Below, in pieces: positions 9,541 to 18,428 of a stretch of 64,000 bases of DNA (position 1 is its first letter; each line of letters begins with the position of its first letter). The translations under genes were made by a program, and so were the position numbers. The stretch is from NCBI GenBank assembly GCA_964389685.1, contig CAYMFM010000002.1:33909-97908 (forward strand). Direction: 5' to 3'. Source of the DNA: an uncultured Rikenellaceae bacterium (lineage in GTDB: Bacteria > Bacteroidota > Bacteroidia > Bacteroidales > VadinHA17). Below the pieces are notes generated by a model. It ran no database searches, was not told the DNA's origin, and was given only the letters and a program-made list of their open reading frames with translations.

Positions 9541-11196
9541 ATGAATTCAAAAAAAAGCTTTTTTATTGAAGGATTTATTGTTGATGTACTTAAAAAAACC
9601 ATTCTTCCTGGCAGGATAACCATAGAAAACGGGAGAATAGCGGATGTAAAAACACAAAAGAAGGTACCCCATCATTATCTATTGCCAGGCCTGGTGGATG
9701 CCCATGTACACGTTGAAAGCTCCATGCTTACACCCGGAAGTTTTGCACAGCTAGCTGTTAAAAGCGGGACGGTTGCTGTTGTATCGGATCCGCACGAAAT
9801 TGCAAATGTATTGGGGATAGCAGGAGTGAATTTCATGATTGAGGAGGGCAAAAAAGTACCCCTGAAATTTTACTTTGGCGCGCCATCCTGTGTGCCTGCA
9901 ACACCTTTTGAAACAACAGGAAACAAGATCGGAACAAAAGAGATTGGACGGTTAATGAAACGAAAGGAGATCCATTATCTTTCGGAGATGATGAATTTTC
10001 CGGGTGTGATACACAGGGATAAGGAAATAATGGAAAAGATAGCATTGGCGAAAGCAGCGAATAAAAAAATTGATGGTCATGCACCGGGATTAACCGGTGA
10101 TGATTTAAATGCATATATAGCGGCGGGGATAACGACAGACCATGAGTGTACAAGCGAAAAAGAAGCGATAGAAAAATTGGAAAAAGGAATGAGAATTCTG
10201 ATTAGGGAAGGCAGTGCTGCAAAGAATATGGACAGCCTGATTGCACTGGTTGATCAATTTCCGGATGATATCATGTTATGTACGGATGATATCCATCCTG
10301 ATGACCTTGCAAACGGACACATCAATCGGTTGTTGAAGAAAGGTGTCCAGAACGGTGCCGACCTGTTTAACCTGCTAAGAGCAGCAACCCTGAATCCCAA
10401 AAATCACTATGACTTGCAGGTTGGATTACTACAGATGAACGACCCGGCAGACCTTATCGTGGTGGAAGACCTAAGCTCTTTTAATGTGATGAAGACCATT
10501 GTCGATGGTCAGATTGTGTATGAAAATGGGACGGTGTTGTTTGCGCATAAAACCCATTCAACACCCAATGTTTTCATTCAAAATTTTGTTACAGCAAAGG
10601 ATCTTGAAGTACGTGCCGGGAAAGGAAACATGAAGGTCATTGTTGCCAGAGATGGTGAACTGATAACGGGAAAAGAAATCATTGAGCCAACAGTGGAAAA
10701 CGGCTTTGTCATGACGGATCCGGTAAATGATCTGTTAAAGATTGGAGTACAGAACAGGTATAAACAAACAAAACCAGCCATTGGGTTTATTCGTGGCATG
10801 GGTTTATCCACTGGAGCGATCGCAAGCAGCATAGCACACGATAGTCACAACGTCATTGGGGTGGGTGCCACTGATGCAGAACTCGCTCGTGCACTGAATC
10901 TTATCAATGAGTTGAAAGGGGGAATTGCAGTCATACGAGGAGAGCGGGCAGAATGGCTGGAATTACCGGTTGGTGGTATTATGTCCAATGAAAACGGACA
11001 CATGATCGCAGAAAAATATGTTCACCTGAATCGGTTGGTAAAAGGAATGGGCTCTAACCTGAAGGCTCCTTTCATGACCCTTTCCTTCATGGCTCTGCTG
11101 GTTATTCCGGAACTTAAGATTGGTGATCAGGGACTATTCGATGTACGGACATTCTCGCCAGTAACACTATTTGAAAAGGAGTCCAGCAGTGAGTAA
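9541..11196 (+). CDS. ade: adenine deaminase
   Basis: 551 aa. Amidohydrolase metal motifs LVDAHVHVESSM, IDGHAPGL and TDHE are present, with the C-terminal domain typical of adenine deaminase. Confidence 0.9.
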   Translation: MNSKKSFFIEGFIVDVLKKTILPGRITIENGRIADVKTQKKVPHHYLLPGLVDAHVHVESSMLTPGSFAQLAVKSGTVAVVSDPHEIANVLGIAGVNFMIEEGKKVPLKFYFGAPSCVPATPFETTGNKIGTKEIGRLMKRKEIHYLSEMMNFPGVIHRDKEIMEKIALAKAANKKIDGHAPGLTGDDLNAYIAAGITTDHECTSEKEAIEKLEKGMRILIREGSAAKNMDSLIALVDQFPDDIMLCTDDIHPDDLANGHINRLLKKGVQNGADLFNLLRAATLNPKNHYDLQVGLLQMNDPADLIVVEDLSSFNVMKTIVDGQIVYENGTVLFAHKTHSTPNVFIQNFVTAKDLEVRAGKGNMKVIVARDGELITGKEIIEPTVENGFVMTDPVNDLLKIGVQNRYKQTKPAIGFIRGMGLSTGAIASSIAHDSHNVIGVGATDAELARALNLINELKGGIAVIRGERAEWLELPVGGIMSNENGHMIAEKYVHLNRLVKGMGSNLKAPFMTLSFMALLVIPELKIGDQGLFDVRTFSPVTLFEKESSSE

Positions 11197-11256
11197 ACCA
11201 GGAAAGCTATAGTGAACTGAACGAGGATTACCCCATGCGGCTAAATTCATTCGGTT

Positions 11257-13074
11257 TTGGCAAATCAAAACAAACACAGCGAAGAATTGAAATCCAGAAT
11301 GGATCTGCTTCCCGAAAAACCGGGAGTGTATCAGTTCAAGGATAAACAGGGCGTTGTGATTTACATTGGTAAAGCGAAAAACCTGAAGAAAAGAGTGCTC
11401 TCCTACTTCTCGAAAAGCCTCGTTGGCAAAACAGCCATCATGATGAGGCATGTCAGGGAGGTCGCACACGTTATTGTAGACAGCGAATCAGATGCATTGT
11501 TGTTGGAGAACAACCTCATAAAAAAACACCAGCCACGTTATAATGTATTGCTGAAAGATGATAAAAGTTTCCCCTGGATTTGCATAAAGAATGAACCCTT
11601 CCCGCGCGTGTTCCATACCAGAAACAGGGTCGTTGACAGATCAAAATATTTTGGGCCCTATACCTCAATGATTGTTGTAAGAACGCTGCTCGACATGATC
11701 AAACAGCTCTATCCCCTGCGGAACTGTAACTACCGGCTTAGCCCTGAAAACATTAGAAAGAAAAAATTCAAGCTCTGCCTGGAATACCATATGGGGAATT
11801 GCCTGGGCCCTTGTGTCGGATTGCAGGATAGTCGTGACTACGACGACAATATACACCAGATAGAATCCATTCTGAAAGGGAACATCAAAAGCGTTTTTAC
11901 ACATTTAAACCATCTTATGAATCGATATGCCTCTGATTATCAATATGAAGAGGCAAATGAAGTCAAAGAAAAGATTAAAATTCTGGAACGCTTTCAAAGC
12001 AAATCAACCATCGTTAACCCCTCGTTGCATAACCTGGATGTTTTTTCCTATACAGAGGATGAGGAACAGGCGTATGTTAATTATCTAAAAGTCTCACATG
12101 GAGCTGTAATTCAGGCACATACGGTAGAAATCAAAAGAAAATTGGAAGAGACAAAAGAGGATTTGTTGTTGTTCGCAATGACAGAAATACGGCAGAGAAT
12201 ATTTAGCTCGGCCAGGCAAATCCTTGTCCCCTTCAAACTTCCGTTTGAAATGGAGGGATGCAGGATAACCGTTCCACGAAAAGGGGATAAGCAGAAGCTA
12301 CTCAAACTTTCGGAACGGAATGTAACCCATTACCGGCTGCAAAAAAGCAGAAAAAAAATGGAGCAATCGGTCCCATCAAGCCGTGTGCGTATGTTAAATA
12401 AACTGGCACAAGATCTGAGACTTAAGGAATTACCGGTCCGGATTGAATGTTTTGATGTTTCAAACATTCAGGGGAAGCATGCTGTAGCTTCGTGTGTTGT
12501 TTTTTATAACGCCCGGCCATCCAAAAAGGAGTATAGACACTTCCATATTAAAACGGTAGCGGGTGCAAATGATTACGCATCCATCGGCGAGGTGGTCCTG
12601 AGAAGGTACAGAAGAGTGTTGAACGAACAACAAAAAATGCCTCAATTGATTGTTATCGACGGAGGGAAGGGACAGCTTCATGCAGCGGTAAAAAGCCTTG
12701 AAATCCTCGGGTTGAAGGGTACCATAGCGATTATCGGTATAGCAAAACGATTGGAAGAGATCTATTTTCCAGGAGATCCTGTTCCGCTATATCTTAACAA
12801 AAGTTCTGAAAGCCTGAAGGTGCTTCAGCATGTGAGGAACGAAGCACACCGTTTTGGGATTTCGCTTCACCGGAATACAAGATCAAGGGAACAGGTAAAA
12901 TCGATCATTGACGATATCAAAGGGGTAGGACCTCAAACCGTTCAAAAACTGATGCTGGAATTCAAATCGGTGGAGGGAATTAAAAACGCAGAAATGAACC
13001 AGCTTGAAAAATGCATAGGCGCTTCAAGGGCAAGAACTGTCTATGATTTTTTTCATGGATCAAGCGGGGAGTAA
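11257..13074 (+). CDS. uvrC: excinuclease ABC subunit C
   Basis: 605 aa. There is a GIY-YIG N-terminus (PGVYQFKD...VIYIGKAKNLKKR), a UvrBC-interaction region and a C-terminal HhH (GVGPQTVQKL). The start is a TTG at 11257, and the ATG at 11299 is an alternative. Confidence 0.93.
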   Translation: MANQNKHSEELKSRMDLLPEKPGVYQFKDKQGVVIYIGKAKNLKKRVLSYFSKSLVGKTAIMMRHVREVAHVIVDSESDALLLENNLIKKHQPRYNVLLKDDKSFPWICIKNEPFPRVFHTRNRVVDRSKYFGPYTSMIVVRTLLDMIKQLYPLRNCNYRLSPENIRKKKFKLCLEYHMGNCLGPCVGLQDSRDYDDNIHQIESILKGNIKSVFTHLNHLMNRYASDYQYEEANEVKEKIKILERFQSKSTIVNPSLHNLDVFSYTEDEEQAYVNYLKVSHGAVIQAHTVEIKRKLEETKEDLLLFAMTEIRQRIFSSARQILVPFKLPFEMEGCRITVPRKGDKQKLLKLSERNVTHYRLQKSRKKMEQSVPSSRVRMLNKLAQDLRLKELPVRIECFDVSNIQGKHAVASCVVFYNARPSKKEYRHFHIKTVAGANDYASIGEVVLRRYRRVLNEQQKMPQLIVIDGGKGQLHAAVKSLEILGLKGTIAIIGIAKRLEEIYFPGDPVPLYLNKSSESLKVLQHVRNEAHRFGISLHRNTRSREQVKSIIDDIKGVGPQTVQKLMLEFKSVEGIKNAEMNQLEKCIGASRARTVYDFFHGSSGE

Positions 13075-13091
13075 TCAGAAATACCAACTTC

Positions 13092-14066
13092 TTACCGGTC
13101 CCTGCTGGTGGTATAATTAACCAGTTCTGTCAGGGAATTTTTTGCCTCGTTATCCGGAAACTGGCTGAGAATATGCAGGGCACGATCGCGATATTCATTC
13201 ATTTTTTGTACCGAATATTCAATCCCGCCATTGGCTTGAACAAATTGAATGATCTCTTTCACTTTCAATGAATTCAGATTGTGTCGCCTGATGAGGTTCA
13301 AAATCTTTCTCTTTTCAGAAGATCCGGAGTTTTCAAGTGAATGAATCAAAGGGAGGGTGATTTTTTTCTCTTTAATATCATTCCCGGTTGGTTTACCCAA
13401 AATTCCGGTTTTTTGATAATCGAAAAGATCATCTTTGATTTGAAAGGCAATACCCACATTCTCCCCAAAATCTTTCATTTTATTGACCACCTCGCCATTC
13501 GCCCCGACACTTTTAGTTCCACAGGCCGAGCAGGCAGCGATCAGGGTAGCTGTCTTTTTACGGATGATATCAAAATATTCACTTTCCGTGATGTTCAATT
13601 TCCGGGATTTCTGGATTTGCAGTAACTCCCCTTCGCTCATTTCACGAACGGCTCCGGAAACGATCTCTAATAACTCAAATTCTTTATTTTCAACGGCTAC
13701 AAGCAATCCTCTGGCCAGCAAATAATCGCCGATCAATACCGCTATTTTAGATTTCCAAAGTGCATTAATGGAAAAAAATCCCCTTCTTTCTAGGGAGTCA
13801 TCAACCACATCATCGTGAATCAGGGTTGCCGTATGAAGCAGCTCAATAAGGGTTGCTGCAGTGTAACTTGCATCACCAATCTCTCCATGAAGTTTGGCGG
13901 AGAGAAAAACAAACATGGGCCGCATTTGCTTTCCTTTTCGTCGGAGTATATAGTTGGTTATTATGTTCAGAAGAGGGACAGCACTTTTCATGGAGGAATT
14001 AAAAAAAGCATTGAACTTTTTCATCTCCTCATGAATGGGCGCATGAATGGATTTGATGGTTGACAT
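13092..14066 (-). CDS. polyprenyl diphosphate synthase (trans-isoprenyl, long-chain)
   Basis: 324 aa. The first Asp-rich motif is LIHDDVVDD and the second is IKDDLFDY. Confidence 0.9.
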   Translation of the reverse strand: MSTIKSIHAPIHEEMKKFNAFFNSSMKSAVPLLNIITNYILRRKGKQMRPMFVFLSAKLHGEIGDASYTAATLIELLHTATLIHDDVVDDSLERRGFFSINALWKSKIAVLIGDYLLARGLLVAVENKEFELLEIVSGAVREMSEGELLQIQKSRKLNITESEYFDIIRKKTATLIAACSACGTKSVGANGEVVNKMKDFGENVGIAFQIKDDLFDYQKTGILGKPTGNDIKEKKITLPLIHSLENSGSSEKRKILNLIRRHNLNSLKVKEIIQFVQANGGIEYSVQKMNEYRDRALHILSQFPDNEAKNSLTELVNYTTSRDR

Positions 14067-14164
14067 GAAAGCAGTAACAAGGGAGGCAAAGATACTAATT
14101 AAAAAGTATTCAAGAACATATCTAAATATGATAATTGTCTGTTTTTTTAAGAAGTATATATTTA

Positions 14165-14172
14165 TATATTTG
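14165..14172 (+). promoter_or_regulatory. -7 box (TAnnTTTG) upstream of the arsR-like gene
   Basis: TATATTTG lies 26 nt upstream of the ATG at 14198, in the divergent spacer shared with the polyprenyl synthase gene. Confidence 0.35.
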
Positions 14173-14197
14173 TATGTTATCCTGTAAAACCTGATAG

Positions 14198-14497
14198 ATG
14201 GAAATAAATAAGCTTACCCCGCAACAATTGGAAAAAGCAGCCAATATGCTTAAAGCCATTGCTCATCCGATGAGAATAGCCATTTTAAGTTACCTGGAAG
14301 AGGGCAAGAAACTAACGGTGACAGAAATACATGAGTTGCTCAACATTGAACAATCCACTACTTCACATCATCTGGGAATTTTAAAAGATAAGGGTGTGCT
14401 CCTATCAAAACGGGATGGTAAAAACACCTATTATTTTCTGAAACACAATAATTTGAGACAAATAGTCGAGTGTGTCAGCCAATGTTGTGATCGTTGA
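14198..14497 (+). CDS. ArsR/SmtB family transcriptional regulator
   Basis: 99 aa winged-HTH protein (LKAIAHPMRIAILSYL...TVTEIHELLNIEQSTTSHHL) with a C-terminal Cys cluster CVSQCC. Confidence 0.85.
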   Translation: MEINKLTPQQLEKAANMLKAIAHPMRIAILSYLEEGKKLTVTEIHELLNIEQSTTSHHLGILKDKGVLLSKRDGKNTYYFLKHNNLRQIVECVSQCCDR

Positions 14498-14558
14498 TCA
14501 GCAAACCCATTTCTTCCAACACCGAACCATAACACTTGACCCTGCGGATCTGATCAGG

Positions 14559-14580
14559 ACCACAATCGACGTGGTTTTTA
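14559..14580 (+). terminator. weak terminator candidate after the arsR-like gene
   Basis: ACCAC-aatcgac-GTGGT (5-bp stem) is followed by TTTTA. It lies 62 nt after the stop. Confidence 0.3.
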
Positions 14581-14636
14581 TCTGTTATTACCCCATGCAT
14601 ACTGGTTCGTTACGATCAATATTGACAATTTGATGT

Positions 14637-14644
14637 TATATTTG
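14637..14644 (+). promoter_or_regulatory. -7 box (TAnnTTTG) upstream of queD
   Basis: TATATTTG lies 57 nt upstream of the ATG at 14701. Confidence 0.3.
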
Positions 14645-14700
14645 TTCCTGAAGAGAGGAATTCGGTATACTGAAGATCGTGGCATCAATTGTATAAAACC

Positions 14701-15150
14701 ATGGCAAGAATACGCGTTACAAAACAGTTTACATTTGAAATGGCCCATGCTTTGTGGAATTATGATGGACCATGTAAAAATGTTCATGGACACTCCTATA
14801 AGTTATATGTAACAGTTGCCGGGACACCCATTGATGATAAGAAGAACAGGAAAAACGGGATGGTCATTGATTTCAGTGATTTGAAGAAAATTGTAGAGGA
14901 GGAAATTATTAATCGGTTCGATCACGCCGTGGTGATTTGCCGGGATGCTCCACACCACATGCTGAAAAACATTGAACAGATGTTTGAGAAATATGACGTT
15001 ATGGATTGTCAGCCCACCTGCGAAAACCTGGTATTGCATTTCGCCGGGAGACTGAAAAACAGGCTACCACAACACCTGAAGCTATATCGCATTCGCTTAG
15101 ACGAGACAGCCACCTCTTTTGCGGAATGGTATGCAGATGATAATGAATAA
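14701..15150 (+). CDS. queD: 6-carboxy-5,6,7,8-tetrahydropterin synthase
   Basis: The ATG at 14701 (MARIRVTKQFTFEMAHAL) is preferred over the TTG at 14689. The motifs FEMAHAL and HGHSYKL are typical of QueD/PTPS. Confidence 0.88.
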   Translation: MARIRVTKQFTFEMAHALWNYDGPCKNVHGHSYKLYVTVAGTPIDDKKNRKNGMVIDFSDLKKIVEEEIINRFDHAVVICRDAPHHMLKNIEQMFEKYDVMDCQPTCENLVLHFAGRLKNRLPQHLKLYRIRLDETATSFAEWYADDNE

Positions 15151-15190
15151 ATCCAACCCAACTGGATATGGATCGAGATACGTTGGAAGC

Positions 15191-17983
15191 ATGAAGGAAA
15201 AAGAAGAAGAAAATCAAAAGCGGTTATTTTTATTGGATGCATATGCATTGATATTCAGGGCTTATTATGCATTCATCAAAAATCCGAGATACAATTCCAA
15301 GGGCCTAAATACTTCAGCTATATTGGGCTTTGTCAATACACTGGAGGAACTGTTGCAGAAGGAAAATCCATCACATATTGCGGTTGTGTTTGACCCTCCA
15401 TCACCCACTTTCAGGCACGAACTATACGAAGAGTATAAGGCGAATCGTGAGGCCACACCGGAAGACATTAAAAAATCGGTACCGCTCATTAAGGACCTGA
15501 TTGAAGGATTCCGGATACCGGTGATTGAAACACCCGGGTTTGAAGCAGATGATGTCATCGGAACACTCGCTAAAAAAGCGGAAGAACAGGGATATTCTAC
15601 CTATATGGTTACACCGGATAAGGATTTTGCCCAACTGGTTACCGACCGTATTTTCATGTACAAACCAAGAAAGGGAGGAGATGATGCTGAGATCTGGGGA
15701 CCACAACAGGTCAGGGAAAAATTTCACGTGGAACATCCCGAACAGGTCGTTGATATATTGGCACTTTGGGGTGATTCTGCCGATAACATTCCGGGAGCTC
15801 CCGGTGTGGGAGAAAAGACCTCTCAAAAATTGATACAAGAATTCGGCTCCATTGCGGAACTGTTTGAACAGACAGAGAAGTTGAAAGGAAAACTGAGGGA
15901 GAACATTGAGAATAACAAGGAACAGATCGAGCTTTCAAAACAGCTTGCTACCATTGCATTGGATGTACCGGTTGATTTTAATGAATCGCAATTCCGGAAA
16001 CAGGAACCTGACAAAACCCGGTTACGGGAATTGTTTGATATGCTGGAGTTTAAAACCATTGCCAGGAGAATTTTGGATGAGGGAAGCAGTGAGGAAACAG
16101 AGAAGAAACCGTTTCAAACCTCCTTGTTTGAAGGGGAAGGTGAAGAAATTGTCCCAACCGCTTCTTCTGCCAATAACATATCCAACGTAACTCATCACTA
16201 TACCATTGTGGATACCATTGAATTGGTGGAAGCGGTTGTGCGTGAAATGAGCCAAAAGGATGAATTTTGTTTTGACACAGAAACAACCGGACTGGACATC
16301 CTGGATGCTGAACTGGTTGGTATCGCATTCTCAGTAAAAGAACATGAAGCAAGCTATATTCCGATACCGACACAAAAGGAGCAGGCAAACCGTTTTCTCG
16401 ACAAGTTGAAGCCCCTGTTTGAAAATCCCGGGATCAGAAAAATTGGGCAAAACCTTAAATATGATATCCAGATTCTGAAAAATTACGGGATTGACGTAGC
16501 CGGTGAACTGTTTGATACCATGTTAGCCCATTATCTGATCCAACCGGAACGCAGACACAAGCTGAGCTATCTTTCTGAATCATATCTCCAGTATACACCG
16601 GTTGAAATCGAAGAATTGATCGGCTCAAAAGCGAAAACACAGGTTAGTATGAGATCGGTCCCGGTTGAGAAAATTGCTGAATACGCCGGTGAGGATGCAG
16701 ATCTTACCTGGCAACTGAAGGAAATCCTAACGCAAGAATTAAAAGAACATGATCTCCGGGAATTGGCAGAGGGCATTGAAATGCCGTTGATCTATGTTTT
16801 GGCTGCTATGGAACGGAACGGTGTCCGATTGGATAAAAAAGTGTTGAACCAGTACGCAACAGTCTTGCAAAAAGAAATGGCATTTCTTGGGAAGGAAATT
16901 TATGACCTGGCAGGGGTTGAATTCAATATTGCCTCACCAAAACAACTTGGAGAGATCCTTTTTGAGCGGCTGAAAATCACGGATAACCCCCAAAAAACGA
17001 AAACAAAACAATACTCCACCAGCGAGGATATCCTTTCACGCCTTACCGATAAACACCCCATCGTTGCAAAAGTACTGGAACACCGATCCATGAAAAAGCT
17101 GTTATCGACTTACGTGGAAGTGTTGCCCGGATTAGTGCATCCGGAGACAGGGAGAATCCACACTTCCTTCAACCAGGCTGTCGCCGCAACCGGAAGACTT
17201 AGCTCCAATAATCCAAATCTTCAGAATATTCCGGTCCGGGATGAAAGAGGAAGGGAGATCAGGAAAGCATTCATTCCTTCAGATGAAGAACATGTCTTGT
17301 TTTCAGCCGATTATTCTCAGATCGAGTTACGGCTCATGGCCCACATGAGCGGTGATAAAAATATGATTGAGGCATTTGTATCCAATGAAGATATCCACAG
17401 AGCAACGGCAGCAAAAATCCACGGTATCCCAATAGACCAGGTTAGCCCTAAAATGAGGAATCAAGCTAAAACAGCAAATTTTGGCATAATATACGGTATT
17501 TCCTCTTTCGGGTTGGCACAACGATTGAACATTTCCAGAAAAGAGGCGAATGAATTGATCCAGGAATATTTCAACAATTATCCCGATGTGAAAACCTATA
17601 TGATCAATAGCATTATTCAGGCAAGGGAATTGGGTTATGTTAAAACCATTATGGGGAGAAGAAGGTATTTGCCGGATATTCAATCCAGGAATTCAGTGGT
17701 TCGGGGAATGGCAGAGAGAAATGCTATTAATGCGCCCATTCAAGGCTCTGCTGCCGATATTATTAAGCTCGCAATGATACGGATTCATCAGGAAATGGAA
17801 CAACACAAGTTCCGCACGAAAATGATTCTTCAGGTGCATGATGAATTGATCTTTGATGTGCATCGACGTGAATTGGAGGAGGTAAAAAAGATCGTATTGA
17901 GCAACATGGAAAAGGCAGTGGATCTGGAAGTGCCCCTCACGGTTGATTGGGGAACAGGAGAAAACTGGCTGGAGGCACATTAA
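15191..17983 (+). CDS. polA: DNA polymerase I
   Basis: The ATG at 15191 gives MKEKEEENQKRLFLLDAYALIFRAYYA (5' nuclease). A 3'-5' exonuclease motif FCFDTETTGLD is present, with polymerase motifs A SADYSQIELR, B RNQAKTANFGIIYG and C LQVHDEL. Confidence 0.95.
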   Translation: MKEKEEENQKRLFLLDAYALIFRAYYAFIKNPRYNSKGLNTSAILGFVNTLEELLQKENPSHIAVVFDPPSPTFRHELYEEYKANREATPEDIKKSVPLIKDLIEGFRIPVIETPGFEADDVIGTLAKKAEEQGYSTYMVTPDKDFAQLVTDRIFMYKPRKGGDDAEIWGPQQVREKFHVEHPEQVVDILALWGDSADNIPGAPGVGEKTSQKLIQEFGSIAELFEQTEKLKGKLRENIENNKEQIELSKQLATIALDVPVDFNESQFRKQEPDKTRLRELFDMLEFKTIARRILDEGSSEETEKKPFQTSLFEGEGEEIVPTASSANNISNVTHHYTIVDTIELVEAVVREMSQKDEFCFDTETTGLDILDAELVGIAFSVKEHEASYIPIPTQKEQANRFLDKLKPLFENPGIRKIGQNLKYDIQILKNYGIDVAGELFDTMLAHYLIQPERRHKLSYLSESYLQYTPVEIEELIGSKAKTQVSMRSVPVEKIAEYAGEDADLTWQLKEILTQELKEHDLRELAEGIEMPLIYVLAAMERNGVRLDKKVLNQYATVLQKEMAFLGKEIYDLAGVEFNIASPKQLGEILFERLKITDNPQKTKTKQYSTSEDILSRLTDKHPIVAKVLEHRSMKKLLSTYVEVLPGLVHPETGRIHTSFNQAVAATGRLSSNNPNLQNIPVRDERGREIRKAFIPSDEEHVLFSADYSQIELRLMAHMSGDKNMIEAFVSNEDIHRATAAKIHGIPIDQVSPKMRNQAKTANFGIIYGISSFGLAQRLNISRKEANELIQEYFNNYPDVKTYMINSIIQARELGYVKTIMGRRRYLPDIQSRNSVVRGMAERNAINAPIQGSAADIIKLAMIRIHQEMEQHKFRTKMILQVHDELIFDVHRRELEEVKKIVLSNMEKAVDLEVPLTVDWGTGENWLEAH

Positions 17984-18181
17984 CCCTCATAGCCATTTTA
18001 AAGCCTTATGAAGGACGAATACAATGGAAGCGGGTAAGCCCCCCCATCGGTTGCAGATCGTTCACAATAACGCATAGTATGGCTTTTACGGCGGGAGTTT
18101 GACACGGGTTCTGCATTACATTGTGACCAAATGGATACATATAAAAACAGTTTTATGCTATAATCCTCCAAACCTTTCATC

Positions 18182-18415
18182 ATGAAAATAACGGTACTAT
18201 TTTTTGGAGTGCTGACCGAAATTATTACCAGAAACAGTCTTGCCATTCACGATGTGAAAAACGTGGAGGACCTGAAAAGGCAATTGATAGAAAAGTACCC
18301 GGAATTGCAGCGGTATGTTTACCGGGTGTTTGTGAATAAAGAATTGATTGCCGGCAATAAATCCCTGAACGATGGGGATGAGGTAGCCCTGATACCGCCT
18401 TTTGCCGGAGGATAG
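18182..18415 (+). CDS. MoaD/ThiS-family ubiquitin-like sulfur-carrier protein
   Basis: 77 aa. It begins MKITVLFFGVL... and ends GDEVALIPPFAGG with a terminal Gly-Gly. Confidence 0.8.
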   Translation: MKITVLFFGVLTEIITRNSLAIHDVKNVEDLKRQLIEKYPELQRYVYRVFVNKELIAGNKSLNDGDEVALIPPFAGG

Positions 18416-18428
18416 GCAGTGTAATTAT

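Noticed and set aside
14117-14130. CATATctaaATATG near-palindrome upstream of the arsR-like gene as a possible ArsR operator
   Set aside because: It has only 5-bp arms in a very AT-rich spacer, where such dyads arise by chance. It cannot be supported without comparative or binding data.
14498-14700. Possible preQ1-type riboswitch in the ~200-nt region upstream of queD
   Set aside because: I could not find the compact hairpin plus A-rich tail characteristic of preQ1-I, or any other recognisable aptamer. The region is adequately explained by a weak arsR terminator hairpin (14559-14580) and a TATATTTG promoter box (14637-14644).
17998-18246. 82-aa minus-strand ORF in the polA / moaD-like gap
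   Set aside because: It overlaps the moaD-like start by 65 nt, has no recognisable features and has no promoter box. Most likely a chance ORF.
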